Notes under the pieces: generated by a model | The model's input: the letters and a program-made list of their open reading frames with translations, nothing else | Database searches by the model: none | What the model was told of the DNA's origin: nothing | Shown here: positions 14,337 through 26,049 of the stretch, in pieces | Layout of the letters: each line of letters opens with the position of its first letter | How positions within the stretch are numbered: position 1 is the stretch's first letter | Source of the DNA: Catajapyx aquilonaris | Taxonomy: Eukaryota | Length of the DNA: 42,622 bases | Assembly: GCA_000934665.2 (NCBI GenBank) | Contig: JYFJ02003379.1 | Coordinates: 1 to 42,622, forward strand | Reading direction: 5' to 3' | Made by a program: the position numbers and the translations under genes

Positions 14337-17300
14337 GGTGGTGGTAAATATACATTTCTTGAGTTTTTCACAGCACCATGTTACACTGCGCATACTGGGT
14401 GTTTCAACCGAATTGTTTGTTGTAGTTAGCAATTTTTGGCATGACTGAGCAATTTACGAGTTATTTACTCACACCTTGAGCGTCAGATGCACATGTCACA
14501 TTTTTCTTCGAGGCAATTGGCCTTTCGCTCCCGAAATATCCTAAAAACAGTTCTGAACTTCGCTTCCGGTTCCACAGCTTCCCCTCTACCGTCGCCTTTT
14601 CCCTTCTTTCAAAAAGCGGCATATTTCACGTGCGAATAAGCCCACCTTCCGCTTCAACCCTCAGCCTCCGTTTTGATCTTCTAGACGACGAGCAGGCCAC
14701 AGTCTAAAGACAGCCGACAGACAGGAGGGGGATGCTAGCAAACAGAAGGCCTCGTTTGGCACCTATTCGGGATGACTGAACCTCCCCGAGAAGAACAAAA
14801 AAAAAATGCTTCTCAACAGCCAATCGCCTCCGTTCCAAAACCCTCTTTACTTATTCCCAATTATGGCTCATTAGCGGCGGAATAACGAGGCTGCGCTGCG
14901 ATAAAGACTTTTCCCCGCCGGCTCCTAATTTACAACCTGGAGAATACCCCCCTTCGTCTTATTTCTTCAAGAGTGTTCCTCCACTTAGGCCACATCCTGT
15001 GTTCTGTGGATCTTCAGCGGTTAGGTTTCGAAACATAAAAATTAAGGTGCCATTCACACTGATTGCACCGTTTCTTTGTAAAAACACTCGGTATACGTTG
15101 TGGTTAGTAACACACACTCCAGCTCTGCAGACAAGTGAAGGCTTCAAGGTGAGGTTTAAGGTCGGATCGATCTGACCAGGGAAGGATGTGTCTAAAGACC
15201 AGATTTTCTCCTTCATTGGCAACCACCATGCCTCTCAACAATTTCATTCCTCAAAAGTCTGTGGCAGATTGAACCCAACACAAACCCTGCATATATCGGG
15301 CTCGGTCCAAATCTTTTTCATTTAATTTCCACGCACGTGTGACACTTCCACACGGTGTTGCACCGCAACGAGAGTGTCCCAGACGTTAACGGAATTTTCT
15401 TTTTGGCACGTTCGCAAAAGTTGGCGCTGTATTAGCAGTAGCGCGACGTGCTGTAATTCCCTATTTATCTTCGCGGTGCCCACACGTCAGATGCAAATGT
15501 ACTCCCAGAAATGAGAAGAGAGGACAGTGAAATATGCGCCCTGTCGTGCTTTCAACTGACGTCGTACCCATTTCGGAATGAGACAAACGCGATACTCCTT
15601 GCGGCGGTATCTTGCAATTGTGTACCTGTGACATACTTTTTCCGACCGTAGAGTGACAAAGATAAAGCATCGAAGGAGGGAAACATTAATATTTTGCTGG
15701 CTCAACGGTGGATGACGCAGTATTGCACCTGTTATACCAGTAAACTATGGATATGTGCACACTTTTTCTATTCCAGACGGTTTGCTGCTACCAAATCCTA
15801 AATATCTGTAAATATAAGTTTTAATCGTGTCTGGGATAATCCTGTACATGTAATTAATTTTATAATTATCTTATAAGCTGCGATTTAGGCATGTATTAAG
15901 CCAACTTTAGGAGGATTTTGCTTGTCACCTGCCAATATATCGGTAACCTAATCCATCTGCATGATGTAATTTATGCGTAAATCGCCATGCCTTCCTATAG
16001 CGCTAGTTCGCATCATAAACAAGTAGCTGCAGTATAATTACTTGGCCAAATATAGCCAGCCATGGCTAAGAAGGCTACACCAGCTGCACGATGAAAGGTC
16101 GATCGTGACCTATGATTCTTTAAGAGCCGCATTTGGCATATTCACGATTGATTGATTTTCTTCCCGCTATTGATTACATGACTCACCCAACACTGTCAAG
16201 GAATGTTTGCCGTCTGTCACCTTCCACAGCCCCAATGCTGTACAGTACATCCTTAGCCCTATATATATATACCATTCCAATTTCCAGTGCAATCTACACC
16301 CGAATAATGCGCACATGTGGCTCGTTAGCAATCCGGATTATCGTTGCAAACCCGACCTTCCACGATATTGATTCGCAAAGTGTTGATGAAATATCCGCAA
16401 ATTCATCCTTCCACAGCGTTTATTACACTCGCTAATTATCCGGAAACCCTTCTGCACTTGCAGCATCGCCTCAAAGAACTTCCCTCCCTTATTTATCTGT
16501 CACGATGTTGTGAAAAAGGGTGGCAGTTGGGCGGAGAAATGGGGAACATTAATCGTGGTCAGAAGTGTGTGTATAGTCCACATCAGCACCTGGGTCTGGC
16601 TGGCAATCTTCCCATAGCCAAGGAAAAGAACTCAGGTAAAGTATGGGATGCAGAGGAAAAAAAATTCGCAAAAGTATTTCCCCAAGGCCTTTACATACCC
16701 GTCTCATTCATTCTGCTACAGCTGTCTGTGAATGAATAGACTGCACTTCCAAATGAAAAGGGGGCAGGAAACTGTTCCAGATATTTCTAAGAGATAAGTT
16801 TTGGGTATCGCCACGTGTCTGTGTATATTTTCTTGTGGGCGTGTGACTTCCCCCGGAGAAAACGGTTTCTTTCGACAGCTGATCCTGACTCACACCCCAG
16901 CCCAAACAAGACATCCCAAGAGGAGGAAACAGGATGTGAAGGTGCCAAAGATGCTACCAACATATAAACCTAATATTAATTCCTGTTTCCTGTGACCCTT
17001 ATTGGAAAGGTCAACTGCAGAAGGAATGATAGGAAGCAATTTGGCCACGAGGGCGTGACCCAAGTTCGTTAACTTTTGGTACACAGCCCTACGTTGAATT
17101 ACACAGCATGTAGTTATTAGCCAAGCAGCTTCCAGTCGTCACAATCCTCTTTGCACTTTAATGGCCGCTTCCTTCGCGTGACTCCATTAACCGAGTGCTG
17201 GCTTTTCTACAATATCAGCAATGCAGCAGAATCCCTGACGTAATGCAACATAAAAGAATTGCGTAACCATTAGCTTCCTCACAGGAAGCACACCTCATTT

Positions 17301-19130
17301 GGGTCAAAGTTCGGAATAGCTTAACTGAAGCATTAGCTGATACCGGAGCTTGTGTATAACCGGGCATAACGAGCCTCCCAGTAATCTATTGTCATCGCCC
17401 TTTTGTTCCTAGGTGTTGTAGGGAATGACTTAGGGCGCATCCAGGACATCCGGATTTTATCCGCGGCCACATTGCGATGATTACTTGCACCCCGTTCGTT
17501 TCCAGGATCTCATTTAAACCCAGACTTGGGATGGTCTCATTGCCACAGCCTAACTGAAAGGGAATGGGCATGAATGCCTAATTCTCTTTCCGACTGAATC
17601 AATCTCCGCAAAATCCCTCCGCCACAACCGCGACTTGATAGCACCGCACAAAAGTGCCCTTCCACTTGAACAGAGTACCTCTGTCTCATCCAGGCTGCAA
17701 ATATGGGGAACACGACCGAACAAACGGTTCCGGTGGAAGCGGAACGGGAAGCAACCACAATCCACTCCCTCCCCCCCAAAAAGAGACCTCTCGAGCCTCG
17801 GCTCCAAGGAGCATCCCCGATTACTTTACCGATACATTATTACGGGAACTCGGGAAAATCAAGCGGGATAAGGCCAGACCAGATGGCATGACCAGATTGG
17901 GTGGATAAAAAAATATTTCCGAATTTCCTGTTTATTTGCACTGAAGATGGCACTGACATATTGGGCATTCGATTGATCCTTGACCCTGTTTGCGGGCAGT
18001 AAACCAGCATATCTAGGCTTTCAAGTGCACCACTTGAAGGAGATTGAAATGCATTGCAGCAGCTCATGCATAATGCATGATACCTGAACACATCCCCAAG
18101 ATATACCGGTAGTGAAGTTCACTTTCGCGGACGGGTTACTCTCTTTCTTTCGGGCCTGTGTGAGTAGCATACTCATTAGCGTGTAAGTCACAGTTCCAGT
18201 TGTGCAATAAATATCAAACGACATGCTATTAAATAGTGCATGCTGGTAAATTACTTTGTATTTTATGGGGGTTACTGGCATCAGGTGACTGATTAACATG
18301 GCCGAACAACACCTTGCTTCCAAATTGCTTCAATGATTTATGCACTACATACTAATCTTGCTTCTTGCTTATCTTAAGGTCGGAGAAATAAAACCCATGT
18401 ACCTGCATAATTAAGGCCCATTGCGCATCATTACCTGCTCAGTTTACCTTTACAGTGTTCAAATAACTGGCTGTGAAGTTTCCAGATTGGTACTCGCTGT
18501 TGTTTACAATTCTCAACAACACTTGACACAAGGAGTGCTACACATGGCATGTCCTAATTGCTGTGCTAACACAAAACCCATTCCATATTAATTTATTAAT
18601 TAAAGGGGCGAATATGCACCCCAGAAGTCGAGCAGCGCACAGACGAAGATCAAGGCCACATCAATTGCTGGTTTCATATGCATTAACATATTTTTGGAAA
18701 CAGCCGCTCAACGTTGAAAAATATTCCTGGCACCTAGCTATGCCAAAAATGTGGGACCAGAATGCCCCCAAGCCACCATTACTTGGTAAGAAGGAAACGT
18801 TATCCTACCTGCAGCATAAATTCCAATCCAGTCCTCGCTGCTAACCTCCTCTTCACCCAGGCTCCAACTGACCATCACCACTTCCCTCCTCCCTGCATCA
18901 ACCGTCCTCTTATTCACCTCAATTCTGGCACCTTGTCCACTATCTACCCTGTCACTGTTCCCATCAGTTCCCAAGGCAGCGGCGGCGGCAGCTCCAGCTT
19001 CCTCTCCATCTTCCTCCTCTTCCTCATCATCCTTCAACTGTTGTGGTCCTTGCTCCGGCGGTGGGCCCTCCCGGGATTCCGCGGATGAGCCCTGACCTTT
19101 CATCTGGGGCTCTTGCTGACCACCTCCCAT
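1969..19130 (-). CDS. HECW: HECW1/2-like (NEDL) C2-WW-HECT E3 ubiquitin ligase, 5' part of a multi-exon gene; HECT domain lies beyond the window start
   Basis: Exons 19130-18809, 9576-9466, 7897-7697, 7632-7463, 7352-6042, 4585-3941, 3315-2404 and 2225-1969 join in frame through GT-AG introns (about 1309 codons). They encode HECW N-terminal motifs (EEVSSEDWIGIY; EICFCYYSGMSGA), a C2 domain (GLRKGLLFNPDPYVKL...PHHGQE), two WW domains, and the HECW helical region (PTAYNDKVVAFLRQPNI). Confidence 0.93.
2404..3315 (-). CDS. HECW: HECW coding exon 7 (WW1 and WW2 domains)
   Basis: [30 protein letters not shown] and [31 protein letters not shown]; donor AGG|GTATGT. Confidence 0.93.
3941..4585 (-). 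CDS. HECW: HECW coding exon 6 (Ser/Pro-rich linker)
   Basis: 645 nt open, phase 0-0; acceptor ctcacag; ends CPPTPTHHRRQ|GTATGG. Confidence 0.8.
5326..5749. mobile_element. Tc1/mariner-type MITE, about 110-bp near-perfect TIRs, TA target duplication
   Basis: ta|cagggtgtatctgaactcagtgccccgac ... gtcggggcactgagttcagatacaccctg|ta. Confidence 0.9.
6042..7352 (-). CDS. HECW: HECW coding exon 5 (end of C2 domain, disordered Pro-rich linker)
   Basis: EFKFVAYPSDILELEVKDRF...CLGRASIPV; 1311 nt open; donor CAG|GTAGTT (alternative GTAAGG 6 nt further on). Confidence 0.88.
7463..7632 (-). CDS. HECW: HECW coding exon 4 (C2 domain)
   Basis: LNAFGLRKGLLFNPDPYVKLRIRP...PHHGQEVRSAVKENTTHPSWEEQ; donor CAG|GTATAG. 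Confidence 0.9.
7697..7897 (-). CDS. HECW: HECW coding exon 3
   Basis: CSEICFCYYSGMSGACLASSPSVKV...LVYFTVS; donor A|GTAAGT; phase 1-1. Confidence 0.85.
8645..8852. mobile_element. Degenerate MITE-like inverted repeat
   Basis: gctgaaaaataataacctgctgtgtgaaatgac...ttaattttaaaggtac versus gtacctttaaaattaa...gtcatttcacacaggtttttattttacagc. Confidence 0.55.
9466..9576 (-). CDS. HECW: HECW coding exon 2
   Basis: Acceptor tctttcccactcag; EDDPLKWLDRKGQGTVGAASGKTAWVLEP; donor G|GTATGC; phase 1-1. Confidence 0.8.
12575..12935. repeat. AT-rich minisatellite containing an approximately 135-bp tandem duplication
   Basis: Repeated taatattttcattttaatattgaagtcatg; the block ggctaccccgtatcagggccagaggtcatcttgggggg occurs at about 12681 and about 12817. 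Confidence 0.9.
14266..14346. repeat. (GTA)n/(GTG)n microsatellite
   Basis: Directly visible. Confidence 0.97.
18809..19130 (-). CDS. HECW: HECW coding exon 1 (acidic N-terminus, start of HECW N-terminal domain)
   Basis: ATG at 19130 with in-frame stops upstream; VSWSLGEEEVSSEDWIGIYAA; donor G|GTAGGA. The exon's acceptor is tatttcag|19204. Confidence 0.8.
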
Positions 19131-19931
19131 GAGAGTTCCACTTCTTCCAGGTCGTCACACGCAGTCCATTGTTGTACCTCACCCATTCGGACGGATGGAC
19201 ACTTCTGAAATACAGGCCAAGCATAATTCCAGACCATACTGGTTATATGTATACTGTATACAGTATTACATTATACTACACTTCCGTTATTTTCCTACTT
19301 TCTCATGACTAGTTTCATCACTGTTTAACCTTTTCAAAGTCAGCAACTCCCAAGATCATTAAGCTCAACATTGTTTGGCACCAGTGCTGTTTGGCGTCAC
19401 TATCATCATCAGGTTCTTTGCTCTAGGCCTCTAGGGCACCTTCAGCATTGTGTGCCTATAGGGCTGGCATGGAACACCCAGGCGCACCTATAGGAGCCTT
19501 ATCTTTCTGCTTTCGAATCCCTATGTAATTAATGTCTGCAGGACCGGGCGCTACAACTTGAGATAATGAACAAGATGACATCCCCATTAATGAGGCTTAT
19601 TGGAATCCTGGCGAGAATGTTCTGCACTACTACTCAACATTGAGACATTATGCAACAGAAAGAGGGCAAGGTCCTACAGAACAGCCTTACAGGTTCTCGG
19701 AAAGATCGGAACCCGGCTTTCACTCATGAAAATTCAAGGTTTGCAATGAATTCTTATCGGACATGTGCTGTGCTGGGAGAAACCTGCAAATTGCAGTGCG
19801 TCATCCGTCCAGGGCGTCGCTTTTCTTCGGAACCAAGTTTGAATGATAATCATGCAAAGCAGGTGCCAATCAGCAGGTGCGCCAGGACTGGACAGCATGG
19901 TGTAATTTAATCTAATAAACATGATATAGAG

Positions 19932-20010
19932 AAAGTTCATTTCTAGCTCCATGCCTGGACGTGTGTCTATAATAGACACACGTCCAGGCATGGAGCTAGA
20001 AATGAACTTT
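19932..20010. repeat. Perfect 79-bp palindrome (39-bp arms, 1-nt centre)
   Basis: aaagttcatttctagctccatgcctggacgtgtgtctat-a-atagacacacgtccaggcatggagctagaaatgaacttt. Confidence 0.95.
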
Positions 20011-23000
20011 GTACAGGGCTGTAAATTACAGGTATCTGAGATGAACTTCACCGTGCAATCACGCAGTACCGGTACAATATTAGCCGCACACCACAAAAAT
20101 GGCACAAAAAAATGTTACGTAACCCTGATCCCTACAACAACAACAACAAAAATATTTCACGACAATCTGGTTCTTACAAGCTGAAACTTTCACGCGATGA
20201 AGTACTCACTCTCATAAGCGTGGGATGTCTTTTCATGGAACAACACAATGCCCGTGTTTTTAAACCTCGCACTATCTCTGCAGCAGGTGGTCTCTCAACT
20301 TTCATTAACAATCGACCTATCCGTTGAAATCAAGTTTCTCGGAAAACTACTCGCGATATTGTCTCCTCCGATGGCTCACTATATGGTCAGTGGAATAGCC
20401 TTCACCCTCCCAGGGATAACCTTGCACAATACGACCTTCTCATGGTGCAGCCTCTGTCATAATACTTTCACACGCACCCACGCACTCTGGCAAACTCACA
20501 AAGGTGTCCAAATCCCTGATCCCAAACTGAATCACCCTCTATCAAATCCAATTTCTCATTGCAGACTGTTATATGATCCTTGTTTATTACTGCGTCACAC
20601 TGGCATGCAGCAGAAATCGGGACCGAAGAAAAAAAATTAGGGAAACGTGCCAGAGAAGGAATATCAGCTGGTTCTGAAGGGTACGGAGCACACACAGACG
20701 AGTTTTTCGTGTCGGAAAATATATATATATTTGCGTCGAAATTTTCGCCCGAGCAACATTCTCCGGTTCCGAATGTCAAGAGCGGCTGACCCCGTGGCAT
20801 GATACGAAACATGGTTTCTCACTTGGCACGCGGAGTCTCCCCAGGAAAATGCCCCAGAAGACGCAGGATCCAACTGTAGCCATTTTTCGCGGAATTTCAG
20901 CACTCGGCGGTCTGAATGGTGCCAGAACTGTAATAAGACATTTTAATGCACTTCGCCAAGCCTGTGCACACTGGATGCAACTTTCATTCTCAATTCTGGA
21001 ACGTGACCGGAGGGGGGAAACGAGCAACTGGTACAAAATGTCAAGACTTCTTGGGGATGGCTGTCAGAATTAATTGTGACATAATTGTTAAGAAAGAAAA
21101 GCGACCAATTTACCTCGATGCCTTTGGCCACGTCTGCTGGGTAAGGCACAAGGTACGCAAAATAAGTTTTAAATGAGCACAGAATATTAGTGCTCGCATG
21201 CGATGCTTTTCTCCGTACAAAGGGCCGAAGTGAATCATAATCCGCATGAGTGCCCGAATGTGGGCCATTACATCCAGCAACAATGGAACAATCAAATATG
21301 ATTGCCCCTCAGGGTGAACTGGTAATTCAAAGCTGGGCAGTGGGCCTAAACATGGACATTTCTGAATCACCCCCTTGAATAGAGATCACTTTGGATTACT
21401 GCATTATGGTCGGGGGTGATGGATTCAAAGCCATCACACTGCTCTCGAATTTGCCCATATAGTCCTACCAAAAACAGCCATTTCCTGTGCTGAGGGTACT
21501 CGTACCATATTTATTGCCAATGCATGACCTACTGGACAACATGGTCCTACCAAATCCAAACATTTCTATATTTATTGCCAATGTGCGACATCACTCCTTG
21601 GCGATTACAATGTCCCAGAATTATACAAAACTGGTACGATCTGCAAAAGAAGCACGCATGTCATCACGACCCATTCACCAGCACTTAGCAGTTACGCAAG
21701 TTCTAAAGTGACTTCCCTTGACGTCAGCTGTGGCATATTTCCATTTTTACACTGTAACATACATCGGTTTTCCGGCAGTACCTCCAGTAACCATTCTCTT
21801 CCGTATATGGCTCTTTCAATAGCCTTTCCTCGTGCAACTAACGCAGTCAACATGCAGAACGGAAATAAACATCCCCACAAGTTATTCAGTAACTTTTTTT
21901 AAATGCCACTGGCTGGCAGAGTGCACCCACACACCCTTCGAAAAAAAAATATAATACTCGTGGGCGTGCATGGCCGCAGGTACACGACCTTCCGATACCG
22001 CCGTCGGCTCCAATAATAGCCTGCTAATGACTTGCCGCACAACTGTATCATCCTGCCAGTTGACAATCCCCCGCATTACTTAATTTGCTCTTCCAACCTC
22101 ACCCCAGCCACTCCACTAATGAACACTTGTATAAAAGGGAAAGAGCTGGCTGGCTGCTTCAATTTCTATAACGATGTCAATTGTACGTCACCTGCAAAAG
22201 CAACTCCTCAAGAAAACTGTCTAGCCAGCCAAGCTTGCTTGTCTCAGATTTCGACTTGACGGAGCTCTAGGTAATGGCACACCTAATTTCCTACAGTGGC
22301 AACTAATGTGGGGGCCTTGAAAGGATGGAATAGGCCTTTCTTCGCCGGGAATACCCTGCGGCGAAAAGCATATGTATCATTATCCAACTTTTTTGACATA
22401 ACTGTGGCCTGCCTAGGGGGGAAAGGCCACGCCATCACTAGTCTTTCCACTATGGCTGTTTTGGACCCCAAGAGTAACGAGTTAGTAATAGGTGTGTGGG
22501 AGGCATAATGCCATTTTGGTCAAGGCTGGGGGTTGATGAACATTCTTCCCAGCCACATGCAAAATAATACTGCAGGCATCAAACCGCAGTGTATACCTGA
22601 CTGAATTAAATTTATAGAAGCGACATTTCCCCAACAATAGCTGGTGTGTGCTGTGATTAATTTCGTGGGTAACCACTACTCCATGTGAAACACCGTCACA
22701 CCTGTGGAGCATCATCAATATTAATTTCCATCCCTGGTGAAATTACACCACTTTTGTCCAACATTCCAACACAGCCGCACTTAACACACAAACCAGCAGT
22801 TATGCAGTGCTTAAACGGCGGTGCTGCTCGAATTTATTTTAATTTTTAAATTTCTCTAATTGATTAACGAGCTGCGCATGGAAATATGAAGCATTCTTGT
22901 TGCTGCACCTTATAATTTGTTTTTCAAGTCAAGGTCAATACACTGGACCGGCCAGTAACCTTTTCGGGAGAGGTTGCTTACACCAATACTAATACAGATA

Positions 23001-23934
23001 TATCGATTTACATCTGAAAAAGGGTCAATCGTTAAAAGGACTGTCAACCATTTCCCGACTTGTAGGCTACAGCTACCCAGTCACGGTAATTATCATTCTA
23101 TCAGAAGCAGACCAAAGCAATGAGTTATCGCACTGTTTCTAAAAATAAATGTAGTGGAGGTGCAAGCCGTCAGGGTCGTGCAATGAACTTAGCCACTGAC
23201 AAACGGGCGATAAAAGAGCTATGTTTTCACTCATTCACTGCCAGTCATTATGTGTTGAGTAGTAATAGTTCTGAGGTGCTTGCTGTAGTTGTTTCCTTCG
23301 TCGATGGAGGTCATAACTTGGGATAAACATGATATGGCAATCCCAAAGGGATTAGAGTAATGATGTGCCCTTCTCTCATTAGGGCAAGACTGACCTGTGA
23401 TCACATTACCTTATGCAAGTGGTATGAAGTGGATAATATGAATTATAGTTTGAATCGATTGGCAATTATTTCTTAGATTATTATTTATAAAGACCCGTCT
23501 ATTTTATTTATCTTTAGTCTGCATTCAATGATATTGTGCATGTCAATTATACTTAAAACAAAATTATTATTTTGTTCGGAGATGCCATTATTACAAAATT
23601 CAGGTTCTTTATCAGATCTTAATCCACCTTGATACTGTTCAGTAGTGGTGCACACTGATATACTGTTTGCAAAGATCAGTTTAGGTCGGGACGTGTCATC
23701 ATACAACTGGCCCTCAGGAATTTAAAAAGTGTAGAAAGCAATCATTCAAAATATTCAACTGTCCAAAGAAATTAGTACATTACACGATTTGTTCAAGGCA
23801 TTGACCAAACTAGAGAGGGAATCATGTGTGGGATATGGTAAAGCAATTAATTACATGCAAACAAAGTTTTAAATCCATTGCTTATAGAATCTATTGTAGT
23901 ATCAGATCATGATTCTTCAAACAGGCTGTGCAAG

Positions 23935-24116
23935 TTGCACAAGTCTGTGAACTGACATGCTCCCCCTCCAGCCTATTTCTCCAGTTTCTTTATCTTAAAT
24001 CCCCCACCTCAGTGAATTCCATTCAGACCAGTACCCCCAACCCACCTACCCTATTTAATCCTAATCAATAATAAAATCTCCCTAAGGGAAGCTTGTCAGT
24101 TCATAGACTTGTGCAA
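23935..24116. mobile_element. Short MITE-like element with about 27-bp TIRs
   Basis: ttgcacaagtctgtgaactgacatgct versus agcttgtcagttcatagacttgtgcaa. Confidence 0.55.
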
Positions 24117-25857
24117 TGGTCAGTAGCTGCCCTGTCTCAGAGAAGAAGCCTAGACCTCCCTAATTTCTCACTCCCCCTATTTTGATGCTGCCACTACATA
24201 TGTCTAGTACTGAACAACTATAATGTTACTAATGCCTATAGCTCTTGTATTATTAGATGTGCAAGTCACATTAATTAAAGCAATAATTAAAAGCATAAAG
24301 CACATCTTGGTTAGTTTTATTTCCTGCTAGTAAATTTGTGAGAGACTGCAATCAAAGTACCCATGAGACAATTGCAAATTGTGTTAGATATCCATTCTTC
24401 ACATAAGCAGTGGTGACATCTTTATCTCTTACGTGAGCAAAACATTCCTGTTTTACTAAAGAGATAACAAAAGTAAGTACATGTTTACTAACAACTACTG
24501 TACATCAATCCTCACTTTGTACATCATTTCTGCTGGGCTTGAGGCTAAAACTGCAATCATACCTTGTCACTAGCATAACACCATTACAGTAGAAAAACTA
24601 ATCCCTACTCATGTACAGTATTTAACCTTCACACAGTAGCAGCTTTGGCACAAGAATTCAACATGTGCCCAACTCACAAGACAGGTGTCAACATAAACTA
24701 CAGCTTACATTAGTAACTAGTGAATATAAAATACTCTGCTTCCCTTCTTATACTGTACATCTTATTGGCCACAGGCTTATGCATAATGGTACAATCCAAT
24801 CCAGATAGAAAATAACAAAACTAACCCAACTACAAGTCCCAGAATAAACACGGACTTTAGCAGCATTGGCCAAATACAAAACTGCACTGTAGAATATTGT
24901 ATAGCGTTAAAAATTTCCAACACACAGTTTAAAACTTTGCAACATATCTACCACACACTGAACTATACTATTACCATAAGATATATTTTGAACAAAATTC
25001 ATAAAGCCTGTTTAATGCCACTGTTAAGTACAAACTTGGAAAGTACTATGTATTGAAATCCCACACCAAAATTGCATTAAAGAGATTTGTTGTAGGCAGT
25101 CCCTTAACAGAAAGGACAGAACTACCTCTCAGAGTAAAATAATTTGGATTTGAAAATATGAGCAAAATGAGAAAGTATTTTTAAAGTTCCCTTGTACTTC
25201 AATAATAGCATGCCCTGCATTCCCTATCCACTCTACCTGAGACGGCATCTCCTTGGTGGTGTCATCACCCTCTGTTAGGTACGATATTGTCCAAAAAGAT
25301 GGAGCCAATTTTGCATTGAAACCAAATTCAAAATCATATTCTTTTTGAGCAATAAAGTACCATACTCTAAAATAGTTGCCATTATGAGCTGAATCCTATT
25401 TGCACGCCTGTACACTACCCTTGTCAAGAACAAAACCACATCACAAAATGCTATTGATTTCTCCTTGTAGCTGATGGCCCACACATATAAACCTACAGCA
25501 ACTGAGGATTATGTTTACAATGAAACTTGCGCATAGCAGGATCTCTCTGTTTCGCATCCATTTTCCATACTGAACAGGTGTCCATTACATACAGTACTTC
25601 ACAAAAACTGCAATGCGGCCAAACACAAGCTCTGTAATGGGCAGGTTTCTGCTCTAAGGTGCATTTACACGTAACACCATAGCATAGGCAGAAACTAAAC
25701 ATGGTCTACTATTTGCTGGTGAAGTACAATACTGTCTACCTGGAAACCATATGTTACCATCTGATTTCACGTCAACCTGGATGAATTTCTACGAGATCTA
25801 TTGCCAACAGATCCAGTTGACATGAGATCAGACAGTCACATATCAGGTTGGCAATAC

Positions 25858-26046
25858 CTTCCAGAATAGTGGACTGGTTCTACACCTGGTCCAGTGCACT
25901 CGTACCAGTGTAAACGACCCTTTTGACATGTCACACCATATTAGAGCCCAGTCCACATATTGCATGTATAGTCCAGATGTTTGGAAGGTGTTTGGATCCT
26001 CCACATGACCTCCCACCAGCAGAGAGGTCGAGAGGCCAGCACCCAT
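25858..26046 (-). CDS. Candidate upstream-ORF / microprotein exon (MGAGLSTS...PLFWK) in the HECW leader
   Basis: ATG in strong context (gggATGG); 63 codons to the phase-0 donor AAG|GTATTG; in frame with the open frame at the HECW acceptor 19204. Confidence 0.4.
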
Positions 26047-26049
26047 CCC

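Noticed and set aside
14134..14448. Poly-Tyr / poly-Val ORFs
   Set aside because: They are translations of the (GTA)n microsatellite.
19734..20184. Opposite-strand ORFs sharing the peptide MPGRVSIIDTRPGMELEMNF
   Set aside because: A consequence of the perfect palindrome, not a gene duplication.
20664..21370. Same-frame minus-strand ORF pieces that might be a decayed mobile-element protein
   Set aside because: No convincing catalytic motif was recognisable by eye; a profile search would be needed.
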